Assembly (NCBI GenBank): GCA_965222375.1 | Contig: CBDCTZ010000016.1 | Coordinates: 2,720,001-2,784,000 of the forward strand | Length of the DNA: 64,000 nucleotides | Source of the DNA: Polyangiaceae bacterium | GTDB taxonomy: Bacteria > Myxococcota_A > Polyangia > Polyangiales > Polyangiaceae | Direction: 5' to 3' | Shown here: positions 1-10,154 of the stretch, piece by piece | Layout: the number at the start of each line of letters is the position of its first letter | Numbering within the stretch: position 1 is the stretch's first letter | The notes under the pieces: model-generated | The model's input: only the letters and a program-made list of their open reading frames with translations | Told to the model about the DNA's origin: nothing | The model's database searches: none | Program-made: the position numbers and the translations under genes

Positions 1-296
1 TTCTCTTTCTCTGCTGGATCGATTTCGCCGTCCGCTGCGATCACCTGGCGCGCGGCGTCGATGAATAGCTGTCGATGCGCTCGTGGGACGCGGTTCGGGT
101 CGACTTCCTCTGCCTTCGGTGGCGTCTTCAACCACTCCTCTACCTTTGCGGCTTCGTCGTCGGTCAGTTTCAAGGACTTGACCATGCGGTGGACCAAGGT
201 GCGCTCCGAACCTCGGATCTCCAGGTCTGCCCAGGCGAAGGAACACACGAACTTCAGGAGCAACATGCGCTCGGATTCGTCGAGGTCAGAAAGCAT
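1..296 (-). CDS. TerB-family (tellurite resistance-like) protein, partial, runs off window start
   Basis: Hand translation of the minus strand from the ATG at 296: MLSDLDESERMLLLKFVCSFAWADLEIRGSER...VIAADGEIDPAEKE. It has two AD-x-E-I-x-x-x-E motifs typical of TerB. Not in the ORF track. Confidence 0.7.
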   Translation of the reverse strand, partial: MLSDLDESERMLLLKFVCSFAWADLEIRGSERTLVHRMVKSLKLTDDEAAKVEEWLKTPPKAEEVDPNRVPRAHRQLFIDAARQVIAADGEIDPAEKE

Positions 297-465
297 GGCG
301 GCGAGGCTACCAGAGGGAAGAGCCATCGCCACGCGTCAGATGGCTGGGGACCGCTATCCGCCGCTAACTCCCGGAGATCACGGGACTAATGCTCCAACCC
401 GCCGCGGCCACGACAGTCCGGAGTTTGGCGCTTAGCAGTCCCTTTTGCTAAGGCGGGGTTGGCTC

Positions 466-1029
466 ATGGTTAGGCCCGTCGCCATCATCGTTGCTGCGAT
501 CATGCTCTCCCGGCCGCAAATGCCGAGGGAGGAGGCCGTGGAGTTTGCCAAGGTGCTCAACGCCGTGGCCAAGGAGCACAACTTCGATCCGCTGACGGGC
601 GTGGCGATCGTGCACTACGAAAGCGGCTGGCGCCCGGAAGTGGTCAGCCCCAATGGGGAAGACCACGGTCTGGGCCAGATTCGGGCCCGTTACATCGGGG
701 CGTGTCGAAAAGACGAAGACCCTGTGAACGCCCCGAGCGAAGCCTGCAAGGCGGTCAAGAAGTCGCTGCTGGAGGCGGAGACGAATCTCCAGACCATGGG
801 CCAGCTCATCACCAACAACCGCAAGCTGTGCAAAAAGAAGACTGGCACGGCTTGGTTTCCCCAGTGGCTCGCGAGCTATCAGGGCAAGAATCATCCGAAG
901 CGCAACCACTGGTGCAAGGCCGACAAAGCGACTCATCGGGTGATTCGCTACCGGCTGCACTTGATCAAGACGGTTGTGCACAAGCGCAAGGCATCCCAGA
1001 AGCGCTCCAAGAAGCCTTCCAAGAAGTAA
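466..1029 (+). CDS. Lytic transglycosylase (SLT/lysozyme-like) domain protein
   Basis: AIVHYESGW (catalytic E-S) and GLGQI motifs; hydrophobic N-terminus; basic tail. Confidence 0.6.
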   Translation: MVRPVAIIVAAIMLSRPQMPREEAVEFAKVLNAVAKEHNFDPLTGVAIVHYESGWRPEVVSPNGEDHGLGQIRARYIGACRKDEDPVNAPSEACKAVKKSLLEAETNLQTMGQLITNNRKLCKKKTGTAWFPQWLASYQGKNHPKRNHWCKADKATHRVIRYRLHLIKTVVHKRKASQKRSKKPSKK

Positions 1030-1096
1030 GCCCTCAGCCGAGCTCTGGGCGTAGGCCGGAGGCTGGTGCTATACTCCTGGTCGAAGGAGCTGCCCG

Positions 1097-2065
1097 GTGG
1101 AACTCCAGACCATGCTGGAAAAGTGCCGACGTGAGCAGTGGCGTGTCGGCGATTTGGATTGGAATGCTCGTCCCCGCGACATGAGCCGCGAGGATGAAAT
1201 CGCCATCGTCCAGTACTTCACGGACATGGCGGGCATCGAGCGCCTGGCCGGCGCCCTCTTCGAACAGCAGCGCAAAAACACGGACGATTCGGTGCTGAGG
1301 GAGATCTTCGCGACCTTCGTCAAGGACGAAGTGCGCCACGCCCACGCGGCGCAGATGCTCGCGGACTTCTACGACGTGCACAAGTACCGTCTGTACCAGC
1401 CCAACGATGCGTTGATGAAGTTCACCCCGCATTTCATCAATGCAATTCGGTTCCTGCCTCCTGAGATCGCAAACACGTACATCACGAGTGGCGAGCTGAT
1501 CCTGGATGTTGCACTCCTACGGTCCATTGGCGACCACGTCAAAGACGACATGAGCGACCAGGCAATGGAGCTCATCAATCGCGACGAGTCGCGGCATATC
1601 GCCATGGATTTTCACATGGTGGAGCACTACGCCACCGAGGAGTATCGACAGCAGCAGGCGAGCCGACCCAAGCCGAGCCTGTCGCGTCGGTTATCAGCGG
1701 TATGGGCGTTTGCCAATGTGCTCTACTACGGCGCGCCGTTCTTCAGAGACGTGTTCTTCGAGCCGATGCGCCATGTGGACCCGAGCGGGCGGCGGCTCCG
1801 ACAAGCATTCAAGCGCATTCAACTCCTGGGCACGAAGGACGAAGTGCGCGACCACCCCTTCACGAAGTTCATGACCGGGCTGCAGGATGTGTACAATGAT
1901 CACCTGGTTGCGCGGGTGGTATTTGGCCGTATCATTCGCCGCATTCTGGGGGTGGATGATTCGCTCATATCGCGGCTGTATTCCGACGACGAAGTGCGTC
2001 GAACCAAGCAAATGAGCTTCGACGAGATGGCGCAAGACGCCCTCGGCGCCAAGCACGAGAACTAG
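1097..2065 (+). CDS. Ferritin-like diiron protein (AurF/desaturase-like fold)
   Basis: Paired E...DEVRH and E...DESRH diiron-carboxylate motifs; N-terminal QWRVGDLDW. Confidence 0.7.
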   Translation: MELQTMLEKCRREQWRVGDLDWNARPRDMSREDEIAIVQYFTDMAGIERLAGALFEQQRKNTDDSVLREIFATFVKDEVRHAHAAQMLADFYDVHKYRLYQPNDALMKFTPHFINAIRFLPPEIANTYITSGELILDVALLRSIGDHVKDDMSDQAMELINRDESRHIAMDFHMVEHYATEEYRQQQASRPKPSLSRRLSAVWAFANVLYYGAPFFRDVFFEPMRHVDPSGRRLRQAFKRIQLLGTKDEVRDHPFTKFMTGLQDVYNDHLVARVVFGRIIRRILGVDDSLISRLYSDDEVRRTKQMSFDEMAQDALGAKHEN

Positions 2066-2106
2066 TCGCTCCGCGCCTCGGCCGCGCTGCTATTGTCGCT
2101 TGGACG

Positions 2107-3948
2107 ATGCGTACCGTACTCTTGTCCCTTGCCGCTCTGGCCGTCGCTTGTGGCGGCGTGCCCCCCCAACCTGCCATGTCGAACGCACCGCCCCAGAGTA
2201 GCGCTGCACCGGTTCAAGCGCCCGCGGTCAACTGGACGCCGGACGCAGCGGCCGGCGTGGAAGACGCGAAGCTCGCGGCACTACTGATCGAGCATTGGCA
2301 ATGGAACATGACCGAGTTCCCGATTTGGGCCACACGCCTCGGCATTCATCGTTTCGACGACAAGGTGGGGGACCGCTCCCGGAGCGCCGAAGAAGAGCGG
2401 CGCAAGGTTCGTCGGGGCTTCGCGGCTCGAATAGAGGAGATCCTGTCTGGCGAATTGAAGGGCCGGCAGCGACTGACCGCGAGCTTGTTCGCTGAAACCG
2501 TCCGTTCGGAGATAGAAAGCGAAATCTGCGAACTCGACCTGTGGACCCTCTCTCCTCGCTCCAACCCCGTGACCGAGTGGAATCGCTTGGCCGAGTCGCA
2601 CCCAATCCGTTCGATGCAAGACGCCGAGAACCTGCTCAGGCGCTATCGGGCCGCCCCGGAGGCGATCGAGCGGCAGATTGACTCGTTGCGACTGGGCGCC
2701 AAGCGCGGGCTGTTCGCAAACAAACGGTCCGTGGCGCTCACGATCAAGATGCTGGAGCAGGAGCTCACCGTAGCTGACGACAAGTGGGGACTGCTGGGGC
2801 CAGCAAAGAGTGCCAAAGGCCTGTCGGACTCCCAGCGCGACACCTTTCGTTCGGACTTGCGCGCCGCCGCCACCGGGATCCGCAACGCGACCAAGCGCTA
2901 CCTCGTGCTTCTCAAAGAGGAGATCGCGCCCCATGCGCGCGGTGAGGGCAAGGAGGGCGTGGGCGCGCTGCCCAACGGACAAGCTTGCTATCGAGCGCTT
3001 TCCCGCGGACACACCACGCTGGATCTGGAGCCGAAGGCCATTCACGCGATCGGGCCGAAAGAGATAGCGAAGATCGAGGAAGAGATGCGCGGCTTGGGCA
3101 AGCGCACCCTCGGTACTGGGGATCTCGTCAAGATCCGCACACGCCTGCGCACCGACAAGAAGCTGTATTTCGATTCCGCCGCGAGCATCGTGACCGCGGC
3201 GGAGCGGGCTCTGGCGTCCGCCAAAAAGAGACTCCCGGACTACCTCGGGCTGCGACCCAGTTCGGATTGCGTGGTCAGGCAGATCCCAGACTACGAAGCG
3301 GAGTTTTCGACGATTGCCTACTACCGCCAACCGCATCCAGATGGCACCAAGCCCGGTGAGTATTTCGTCAACGTTTTCGAACCCCAGACGCGGCCGCGCT
3401 TCGAGGCGGAGGTGCTCGCGTTTCACGAGAGCATTCCCGGCCACCATCTGCAAATCGGCGTGGCCCAGGGTTTGAAAGGTGTTCCCGCGTTTTTGAAGCA
3501 CGCAGGCATGACTGCTTATGTGGAAGGCTGGGCGCTGTATACGGAACGGCTAGCAGACGAACTCGGGCTCTATTCGAGTGACTTGGATCGCATGGGCATG
3601 CTGAGTTTCGACGCTTGGCGTGCGGCGAGGCTGGTCGTGGACACGGGCATTCATGCCATGGGCTGGACGCGCAAACGAGCTGAGCGATATATGCTGGAGC
3701 ACACGGCTTTGACCGAGGCCAACATCAAGAATGAGGTCGACCGCTACATCGGTTGGCCCGGTCAAGCGCTGGCCTACAAGTTGGGCCAACTGGAAATCCT
3801 CGAACTGCGGGCCCGCGCCAAGCGGGACCTGAAGGGCACGTTCAGCCTCGCCGAATTCCACGACGAGGTCCTGCGCCACGGCGCTGTGAGCCTCCCGGTG
3901 CTGCGACAGCTCATTGGCTCTTGGGTCGACAGAAAGAAAGGTGGCTGA
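2107..3948 (+). CDS. DUF885 family lipoprotein (putative metallopeptidase)
   Basis: Lipobox AVAC; HESIPGHHLQ, AYVEGWALYTE, RAARLVVDTGIH and EVDRYIGWPGQALAYKLG motifs. Confidence 0.9.
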   Translation: MRTVLLSLAALAVACGGVPPQPAMSNAPPQSSAAPVQAPAVNWTPDAAAGVEDAKLAALLIEHWQWNMTEFPIWATRLGIHRFDDKVGDRSRSAEEERRKVRRGFAARIEEILSGELKGRQRLTASLFAETVRSEIESEICELDLWTLSPRSNPVTEWNRLAESHPIRSMQDAENLLRRYRAAPEAIERQIDSLRLGAKRGLFANKRSVALTIKMLEQELTVADDKWGLLGPAKSAKGLSDSQRDTFRSDLRAAATGIRNATKRYLVLLKEEIAPHARGEGKEGVGALPNGQACYRALSRGHTTLDLEPKAIHAIGPKEIAKIEEEMRGLGKRTLGTGDLVKIRTRLRTDKKLYFDSAASIVTAAERALASAKKRLPDYLGLRPSSDCVVRQIPDYEAEFSTIAYYRQPHPDGTKPGEYFVNVFEPQTRPRFEAEVLAFHESIPGHHLQIGVAQGLKGVPAFLKHAGMTAYVEGWALYTERLADELGLYSSDLDRMGMLSFDAWRAARLVVDTGIHAMGWTRKRAERYMLEHTALTEANIKNEVDRYIGWPGQALAYKLGQLEILELRARAKRDLKGTFSLAEFHDEVLRHGAVSLPVLRQLIGSWVDRKKGG

Positions 3949-3949
3949 A

Positions 3950-4174
3950 ATGGCGGAGCCCGTGGACGAGCTCAGCCGACGGATTGTCGAGCTGGAGCTG
4001 CGATACACCGAGCAACAGGACGTCATCGAGCAGCTCTCGGACGCCCTCTACGAGCAGCGGCGCGCCCTGGAAGCTCTCCGGGCGCGGCTGGAGGCCGTGG
4101 AGAAGCGCGGCTCCGAGGGTAGCGGTGCCGACAGCCCCGTCGATCCTGCGGCGGACCGCCCTCCGCACTACTAA
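3950..4174 (+). CDS. slyX: SlyX family protein
   Basis: RIVELELRYTEQQDVIEQLS coiled coil and C-terminal RPPHY signature. Confidence 0.85.
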   Translation: MAEPVDELSRRIVELELRYTEQQDVIEQLSDALYEQRRALEALRARLEAVEKRGSEGSGADSPVDPAADRPPHY

Positions 4175-4234
4175 GCGCGCCAATTCGGCCATCGGCGGGT
4201 GCGGTGGGCGCCCTGCGTGATACCTTGTTTCCCG

Positions 4235-6037
4235 ATGCGCCGCATCCTGTCCGCCCTGCTGCCGGCGCTGAGCCTGCTCCTGTGCCAGTGCTCCGTGGTC
4301 AACCAACTGGATGACCTCAAGGGCAGCCCCGACGCGAGCGTGGAAGCTGGCACGGGTGGGGTCGCGGGTAGCGCGGGCGCGGCCGGGAGTGCGGGTAGTG
4401 GCGCCAGCAGCGGGGTCCTTCCAACCGGGGCTCTCTGCGCAACAGACAATAGCTGCCAGACCGGTTTCTGTGTGGCGGGCATGTGTTGCGACAAGCGCTG
4501 CGACTCGCCCTGCCTGGCGTGCACGGCTGCGGCCAAAGAGGATGGTGAAGATGATGGCACCTGTGGCCCTGCCAAGGCCGGTACGGATCCCCGTAACGAT
4601 TGCGCCGACGAAGGAGCCATGACCTGCGGCAAGGATGGCAAGTGCGACGGGAAAGGGGGCTGCCGCTTGTATGGCAACGGCACGCGCTGCAGCGACGCCA
4701 CCTGCAGCGGGGGCATCAAGAAGCTGCCCAAGGCGTGCGACGGAAGCGGCAGTTGTCTGGAGCTGGGACAAGTCATCTGCAACCCATTGCAGTGCGCTGG
4801 CAACCTCTGCGTCGGAGACTGCGAAACCGACGCCGCTTGTCAGGCGACCGAGTTCTGCGACACGATCCAAAACCGCTGTGTGACCAAGCTGACGGACGGT
4901 ACTGCCTGCACTACCGCAAACGTCTGCCAAAGTGGGTTCTGTGCGGATGGTGTGTGCTGCGAATCTGCCTGCCAAGGCACCTGCATGTCGTGCGCGGCAG
5001 CGCTCAGTACCGGAAAAGATGGGGAGTGCGCGCCCATTCTGGACGGCACCGACCCGAAGACCCAGTGCAACGACGAGGGGCCCTCCAGTTGCGGTACGGA
5101 TGGGCAATGCGATGGCAAAGGCGCGTGTCGTTTCTACGGAGTGACTGCCGTCTGTGCCGCCGCGACCTGCTCCGGCACGACCCTGAATGCGGCGAAAACC
5201 TGCGACGGTAAAGGCAATTGTGCTTCCAATGGCTCGAGTAGCTGCAAGCCCTACATTTGTGGTTCTGGCGCTTGCCTGACCTCATGTTCTGGGAATGGCG
5301 ATTGTGACGGCACGAGCATCTGCACCGGGAGCGTTTGCCAAGGTCCGAAGTCCAACGGTGCAACCTGCTCGTCAGCCGCCGAGTGCCAAAGCGCATTTTG
5401 CGTTGACGGCGTGTGCTGCAACAGCGCGTGCACGGGCTCTTGCAAAGCGTGCTCAGCGGCCAAGAAGGGCACCGGAGCGAACGGCGTTTGCGCGAACGTG
5501 GCTTCGGGCTTCGACCCCGATGGCAACTGCTCTTCGCAATCGAAGTCCACTTGCGGTAGAGACGGCCAGTGCGATGGCAATGGCGGCTGTCGATTGTGGT
5601 CCTCAGGCACTCAATGTGGTTCCCCCAGCTGCGGCCCGAATCCAGCCAGCCCGACGGTGTTCCTTGCCCACTACGCCGATACCTGTGACGGCGCTGGCAA
5701 ATGCGTCGACAAAGGTACCGTTGCTTGCGGTCTTTACACCTGCAATGGATCGGCGTGTCGCACGAGCTGCACTTCGAGCACGCAATGCGCACTTGGCGTC
5801 TGTAACAGCACCAGCAACGTCTGCTACTTCAGCTGCGGTATCAGCCCGACGCATCAGGCGCCCCGCGGCCCCCTGGCGCTTCTGGCCCTGACGCTCGCTG
5901 GCGTGTTCGTCCGCCGACGCCGCAGCTGCGCTGTGCACGCCTTGAATTCCGGACCCGCCCTGCGGGTTGCCAGACAGGTCAACCGCCGTCTTCAGCGGAG
6001 CCGCTGGGACTGCTTCCAGGCAGATAGCCGTGAGTGA
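4235..6037 (+). CDS. Cys-rich repeat surface protein with MYXO-CTERM-like tail
   Basis: Signal peptide; Gly linker; three long Cys-rich repeats (C-Q-S/T-x-FCxxGxCC...CGxDGxCDGxGxCR); C-terminal SCGIS...LALLALTLAGVFVRRRR. Confidence 0.75.
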   Translation: MRRILSALLPALSLLLCQCSVVNQLDDLKGSPDASVEAGTGGVAGSAGAAGSAGSGASSGVLPTGALCATDNSCQTGFCVAGMCCDKRCDSPCLACTAAAKEDGEDDGTCGPAKAGTDPRNDCADEGAMTCGKDGKCDGKGGCRLYGNGTRCSDATCSGGIKKLPKACDGSGSCLELGQVICNPLQCAGNLCVGDCETDAACQATEFCDTIQNRCVTKLTDGTACTTANVCQSGFCADGVCCESACQGTCMSCAAALSTGKDGECAPILDGTDPKTQCNDEGPSSCGTDGQCDGKGACRFYGVTAVCAAATCSGTTLNAAKTCDGKGNCASNGSSSCKPYICGSGACLTSCSGNGDCDGTSICTGSVCQGPKSNGATCSSAAECQSAFCVDGVCCNSACTGSCKACSAAKKGTGANGVCANVASGFDPDGNCSSQSKSTCGRDGQCDGNGGCRLWSSGTQCGSPSCGPNPASPTVFLAHYADTCDGAGKCVDKGTVACGLYTCNGSACRTSCTSSTQCALGVCNSTSNVCYFSCGISPTHQAPRGPLALLALTLAGVFVRRRRSCAVHALNSGPALRVARQVNRRLQRSRWDCFQADSRE

Positions 6038-7769
6038 GCTCGGGCCCCTCCGGGCGAGCGCTCTCGCCGCCAGGTCCGAAGGCGTTGATGACCTGAACCA
6101 GTTTCGCGGACTCTGGGGCAGGGGGCACATGGCGCGTTGCCCCGGGTGCAGCGACGGAGTCCAGGTGCAAGGTCTGGGTCGGGAAAGCGAAGGATACCCC
6201 GAGCTCTTGGGCCAAGCCCATGATCTCCAAGTACACGTTGTGCCGCTGGGCGAGCTCCTCGGACCAGGACTCCACGTCGAAGAAGAAATACAGCATCACG
6301 TCCAGGCTCGAGGCCCCGAAGCCGGACATATGCACCTCGTATTTGTCTTTCCAGGTCTTGGGATTGGACTGGATGATCGCGCGGACGCCCTCGACGAAGG
6401 CCTGCATCTGCTCTGCGGTCGTGTCATAGGTGAGATTCAGCGTCACGAAGGTACGGCGATAGCGTCGCGCTCCGTAGTTGTCGATCTTCGCCTCCATGAA
6501 GCGCGCATTGGGGATCGTGATCAGCGAGTCGTAGAACGTGCGAATACGTGTGGATCGGAAACCGACCTCCTCCACGATTCCCTCGGCACCGTCCACCACG
6601 ACCCAGTCCCCGATTTGAAACGGCCGGTCCACGAAGATGGTCACGCTGCCGAAGAAGTTCGCGATGGTGTCCTTGGCTGCCAGGGCGAAGGCCAGCCCGC
6701 CGATGCCCAAACCTGCCAGCAGCGAGCTGACGTTCACGTTCAGGTTCTGCAGCAGGAACAGCGCACCCGCGACGACGACGAAGACCTTGAGGGACTTGCG
6801 GAGAAGCGGCACCAACTGGTCGTCGAGCTTGGTATCCGTCTTGGCGGCCTTTTCCGCCATGCGCATGGCAACGACGTCGACCACCCGATAGATGGCCCAG
6901 ACGATGCTGAGCACCACCAGGGTTCTCACAGCGACGCTCATCACTGTGGCTGCGCCGATGGGTAGACCAAGCTCCGGATAGGCGAGCCGGAGTACACCTG
7001 CCATCACCAGGGTGGCGCCTGGTGAAGCAAATACGTCGACGGCGTAGGTCGCCCAGGACTCCCCGGTTTTGCCGACGATGCTCTTGATGCGCTGACCGAC
7101 CAAGAGCTGAATCAAGCGCCGCAAGACCAGACCGACGATGAAGGCGAGCAGCAGCGCGAGGTACTGCCAAACCTCAACGCCCAGGAGCTTGCCTCTCAGC
7201 TCCTTGGGCATGCGGTCCACGACCAGCCGGCTGATGGCACCCAGGGACTGATCGTAGAGGGCGTCGGCACGATCCAGGGAAGCACGGGTCCAGAGCCACT
7301 TGTCCCCACGACGTGCCAGAACGATGTCCGGCAAATCCGGATGTGGCGTGACGATGGGAGCGCCGGTCTTCGCGTCGACGAAGTTGAGGTCCTCACTCAG
7401 CGCGTCCATCACGATGAACAGTGCGCGTGCGTCGTAGACCGCTTTGATTCGGCGAGCGGACTCTGCGAGCGCCGCGGCGTTACGGCCCTCGGACTCCAGA
7501 CAGGCCGTCGCACGAGCTACATCCATGTTCGCGGGCTGCTGCCACTTGAACACGGAGTCCGTGGCTATTCGCGGCGAGCCGCAGGGCGAGGCTTCTGATT
7601 CCTGGGCCCACGCCACGCCTGAGGCGCTCAGGCTGACGACGATGGCTAGCGTGGTGATGACAAATCGAAACGGCAAAGCAAACCTCCCGGGGCGATTGCT
7701 CGGAGTGGCGAGGGACTCTCGGTTCAGAAACCCACGACGCGCGTTCTGGTCAGAGCAGCCCTCGGCCAC
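5979..7769 (-). CDS. Small-conductance mechanosensitive channel (MscS family), start uncertain
   Basis: LLAGLGIGGLAFALAAKDTIANFFGS, DRPFQIGDWV, GFRSTRIRT and FAFPTQT motifs. Confidence 0.9.
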   Translation of the reverse strand: MAEGCSDQNARRGFLNRESLATPSNRPGRFALPFRFVITTLAIVVSLSASGVAWAQESEASPCGSPRIATDSVFKWQQPANMDVARATACLESEGRNAAALAESARRIKAVYDARALFIVMDALSEDLNFVDAKTGAPIVTPHPDLPDIVLARRGDKWLWTRASLDRADALYDQSLGAISRLVVDRMPKELRGKLLGVEVWQYLALLLAFIVGLVLRRLIQLLVGQRIKSIVGKTGESWATYAVDVFASPGATLVMAGVLRLAYPELGLPIGAATVMSVAVRTLVVLSIVWAIYRVVDVVAMRMAEKAAKTDTKLDDQLVPLLRKSLKVFVVVAGALFLLQNLNVNVSSLLAGLGIGGLAFALAAKDTIANFFGSVTIFVDRPFQIGDWVVVDGAEGIVEEVGFRSTRIRTFYDSLITIPNARFMEAKIDNYGARRYRRTFVTLNLTYDTTAEQMQAFVEGVRAIIQSNPKTWKDKYEVHMSGFGASSLDVMLYFFFDVESWSEELAQRHNVYLEIMGLAQELGVSFAFPTQTLHLDSVAAPGATRHVPPAPESAKLVQVINAFGPGGESARPEGPELTHGYLPGSSPSGSAEDGG

Positions 7770-8745
7770 GGAAGTAGTTCACGGCATCTCTCAAGGTGTG
7801 GGCGATGGGCCGCACGTCGGCACCCAGCTCCTGTCGCGTTTTGGCGTTGTCGTAGTAGCCCGGTTTGAGGCTGTACTCGAAGAACTCCCGGGTCACCGGG
7901 GGCTCGATGCCCGTCCGGCGAGCTTGAGCCTCGAAGGCCTTGACGGCAGCGCGAGCAACGCGCACCGGGATACGATAGAAGCGCTTGCTCTTGCCTGCGG
8001 CACGACACACGCCCTCCATCAGCTCCTTGGTCGTGAGATTGTGCCCGGTCGCGAGATAGCGCTCCCCGGCCTGCCCCTTTTCGGCCGCCAAAACGTGAAC
8101 CTCTGCGGCATCCCGCACGTCCACGTAGTTGACGCCGCTGTCCGAGTAGAACGGCGTCGGCGTCTTGAGAGTGTTGATGATCAGTTTGCCGCTGGGCGTG
8201 GGCCCGATGTCCCTTGGGCCCAAGACCACCCCCGGACACACCACCCGGACATCCATGCCCCAGCGACCGAAGTCTTCCGCAAGCTGCCGGCTGAGGTACT
8301 TGGTGCGGCTATACGCGAAATCCAAATCCCAAGCATCGTACGGGGTCTCCTCGGTTCCCAGTCGGCCAGGCTCCGGCCGCCCCAGAGAGACGATGCTCGC
8401 GGTGTAAACGACTCGCTCCACGTTGGCGCGACGCGCTGCTTCGAGCATGTTGAAGGTTCCGCTCATGTTCACGCGATACATCAGCGTCGGATCCGGGCAC
8501 CACGCTTGGTAGATCGCCGCCGCGTGAAAGACCGTATCCACGCCACGTACGGCGTCCTCCGTCGCCTCTCGCTCCAGCACGTTGCCGGTTACTAGCTCGA
8601 CGTCCAGCCCGTCGACGTTGTCCGTGGATTCGCCGGGCAGCACCAACACTCGCACTTGCACGTTCCTGTCCAGCAGTTTGCGAACGATGGAGCTCCCAAG
8701 GAACCCGCAGCCGCCGGTGACCAGTGCACTCTTGATGGCATTCAC
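7750..8745 (-). CDS. NAD-dependent epimerase/dehydratase (extended SDR, HpnA/DFR-like)
   Basis: VTGGCGFLG Rossmann motif; YSRTK (YxxxK); GPRDIGPTPSG; VDVRDAA. Confidence 0.85.
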   Translation of the reverse strand: MNAIKSALVTGGCGFLGSSIVRKLLDRNVQVRVLVLPGESTDNVDGLDVELVTGNVLEREATEDAVRGVDTVFHAAAIYQAWCPDPTLMYRVNMSGTFNMLEAARRANVERVVYTASIVSLGRPEPGRLGTEETPYDAWDLDFAYSRTKYLSRQLAEDFGRWGMDVRVVCPGVVLGPRDIGPTPSGKLIINTLKTPTPFYSDSGVNYVDVRDAAEVHVLAAEKGQAGERYLATGHNLTTKELMEGVCRAAGKSKRFYRIPVRVARAAVKAFEAQARRTGIEPPVTREFFEYSLKPGYYDNAKTRQELGADVRPIAHTLRDAVNYFRGRGLL

Positions 8746-8822
8746 GAACGGGACTGTCTCAAATTTTCGCGCGCTTGGGGAGCGCCCAGACGGCGCCATG
8801 CTCGCCCTCCGGCGTTCGTGCT

Positions 8823-10088
8823 ATGCCCCGCCTTTCGCGCAAGAAACTGCCCGTGATCACAGCACTAAAGAAGCGTATCGCCGATCCCAACATATGGCGG
8901 ATCTACGCGACTATCTTCGCCCTGGGCGTGGCCTACGGCACCGCGCTGAGCGTGATTGCACTGCACCTGGATGAGCGGGGCTTCGACAAGACCGCCATCG
9001 GTTCCCTCGCGGCCTGGTTTGCCGCTGGCATCGTCGCCTTCTCCCTGCCCGTAGGAGCGGCCATCCGCCGCTTTTCCGCGAAGCGTGTGCTGGTGTTCAG
9101 CCTGTTGGGCTATGCCGCCGCGGTCTTCGCGTTCCCCCTGTTCCAAGAGTACCCGGGCGTGGCCCTGTCGCGCTTTTTCGATGGGGCGTTCAGTGTGGGC
9201 GTGTGGGTCAGTTCCGAAACCATTCTACTCAGCCGTGCTCCCAAAGAGCAGAAGGCGTTTGCTACTAGCCTGTACGCCATCTCGCTTGCCGTGGGTTACG
9301 TCGCGGGGCCAGTGTTGGCGCGGGGACTCTCCAGTGCGCTGCCTTTGTCGGCGAGCTTTGTCGTGGCGTCTCTGCTGGCGCTCGGGGCCGCCGCTTACGT
9401 GTTGGCTCGACTGGATCCCACCGAACCTAGGGAAGAAGCCGAGCCTGCTCACGGCGGTAAGCCAGGTTCCGATTCGGTGGCGCAGAGCCAAGGCTTGGCG
9501 AATGTTGCCTGGAAGATTAAAACGAGTTGCTTCGCAACATTCGCCTATGGGTACTTTCAAGCCAGCGTGGTGCTGTTCCTGCCCCTCTTCTTGATTGCGG
9601 ACAAGGGATTGCTGAAGGAGCAGACCATCCTGATCCCAGCGTTCTTTGCCGCCGGCATGTTGCTATTCTCAAACATTGCCGGTCGCCTCGGAGATCGCTG
9701 GGGCCACCTCCTCGTCATGCGTGTGCTGTCCGTCGTTGGCCTGAGCATGGTGCTCGGCTTCGTATTCCTCGACAGCTACGTGAGCATGTGCGTGGCCGTC
9801 TTCATTGCCGGCGCGACCCTGGCGAGCATCTCCCCAGTGAGCCTCGCCTTGCAGGGCGTGATCTGTCCCCACGCCGAGCTGTCGCAGGCCACCAGCGTCT
9901 ACAACGCCTTCTATGCGGCCGGCATGTTGATCGGGCCGCCCATCTCCAGCTTCATCTTCCAAGCCCAGAGCGGAGCCGCGATGCTCTATCATCTCGCTCT
10001 GCTCTGGCTCGCTTTTGCCGGCTTCACCCTCTGGTTCCGCGGCGACGACCCTCGGGCACGCAAGGTCGCGTTGTCGAATGCCGTGTAA
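8823..10088 (+). CDS. MFS transporter
   Basis: About 12 hydrophobic segments; GRLGDRWG motif A. Confidence 0.85.
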   Translation: MPRLSRKKLPVITALKKRIADPNIWRIYATIFALGVAYGTALSVIALHLDERGFDKTAIGSLAAWFAAGIVAFSLPVGAAIRRFSAKRVLVFSLLGYAAAVFAFPLFQEYPGVALSRFFDGAFSVGVWVSSETILLSRAPKEQKAFATSLYAISLAVGYVAGPVLARGLSSALPLSASFVVASLLALGAAAYVLARLDPTEPREEAEPAHGGKPGSDSVAQSQGLANVAWKIKTSCFATFAYGYFQASVVLFLPLFLIADKGLLKEQTILIPAFFAAGMLLFSNIAGRLGDRWGHLLVMRVLSVVGLSMVLGFVFLDSYVSMCVAVFIAGATLASISPVSLALQGVICPHAELSQATSVYNAFYAAGMLIGPPISSFIFQAQSGAAMLYHLALLWLAFAGFTLWFRGDDPRARKVALSNAV

Positions 10089-10154
10089 ACGTTTGAAATT
10101 ATTGATAAATTCTGCCTGAAACGGTAAGCGGTTCCGCGGCGTAAGTCCAGGCAT

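Noticed and set aside
2281..3501. Long antisense or alternate-frame ORFs (also 7444-8595, 22136-23101, 54482-55873 and many others)
   Set aside because: They are shadows of well-supported genes in high-GC DNA and carry no motifs of their own.
10085..10112. AT-rich TAA-N5-TGAAA patch resembling 40733-40760 (possible recombinase site)
   Set aside because: The similarity is too short and degenerate to support.
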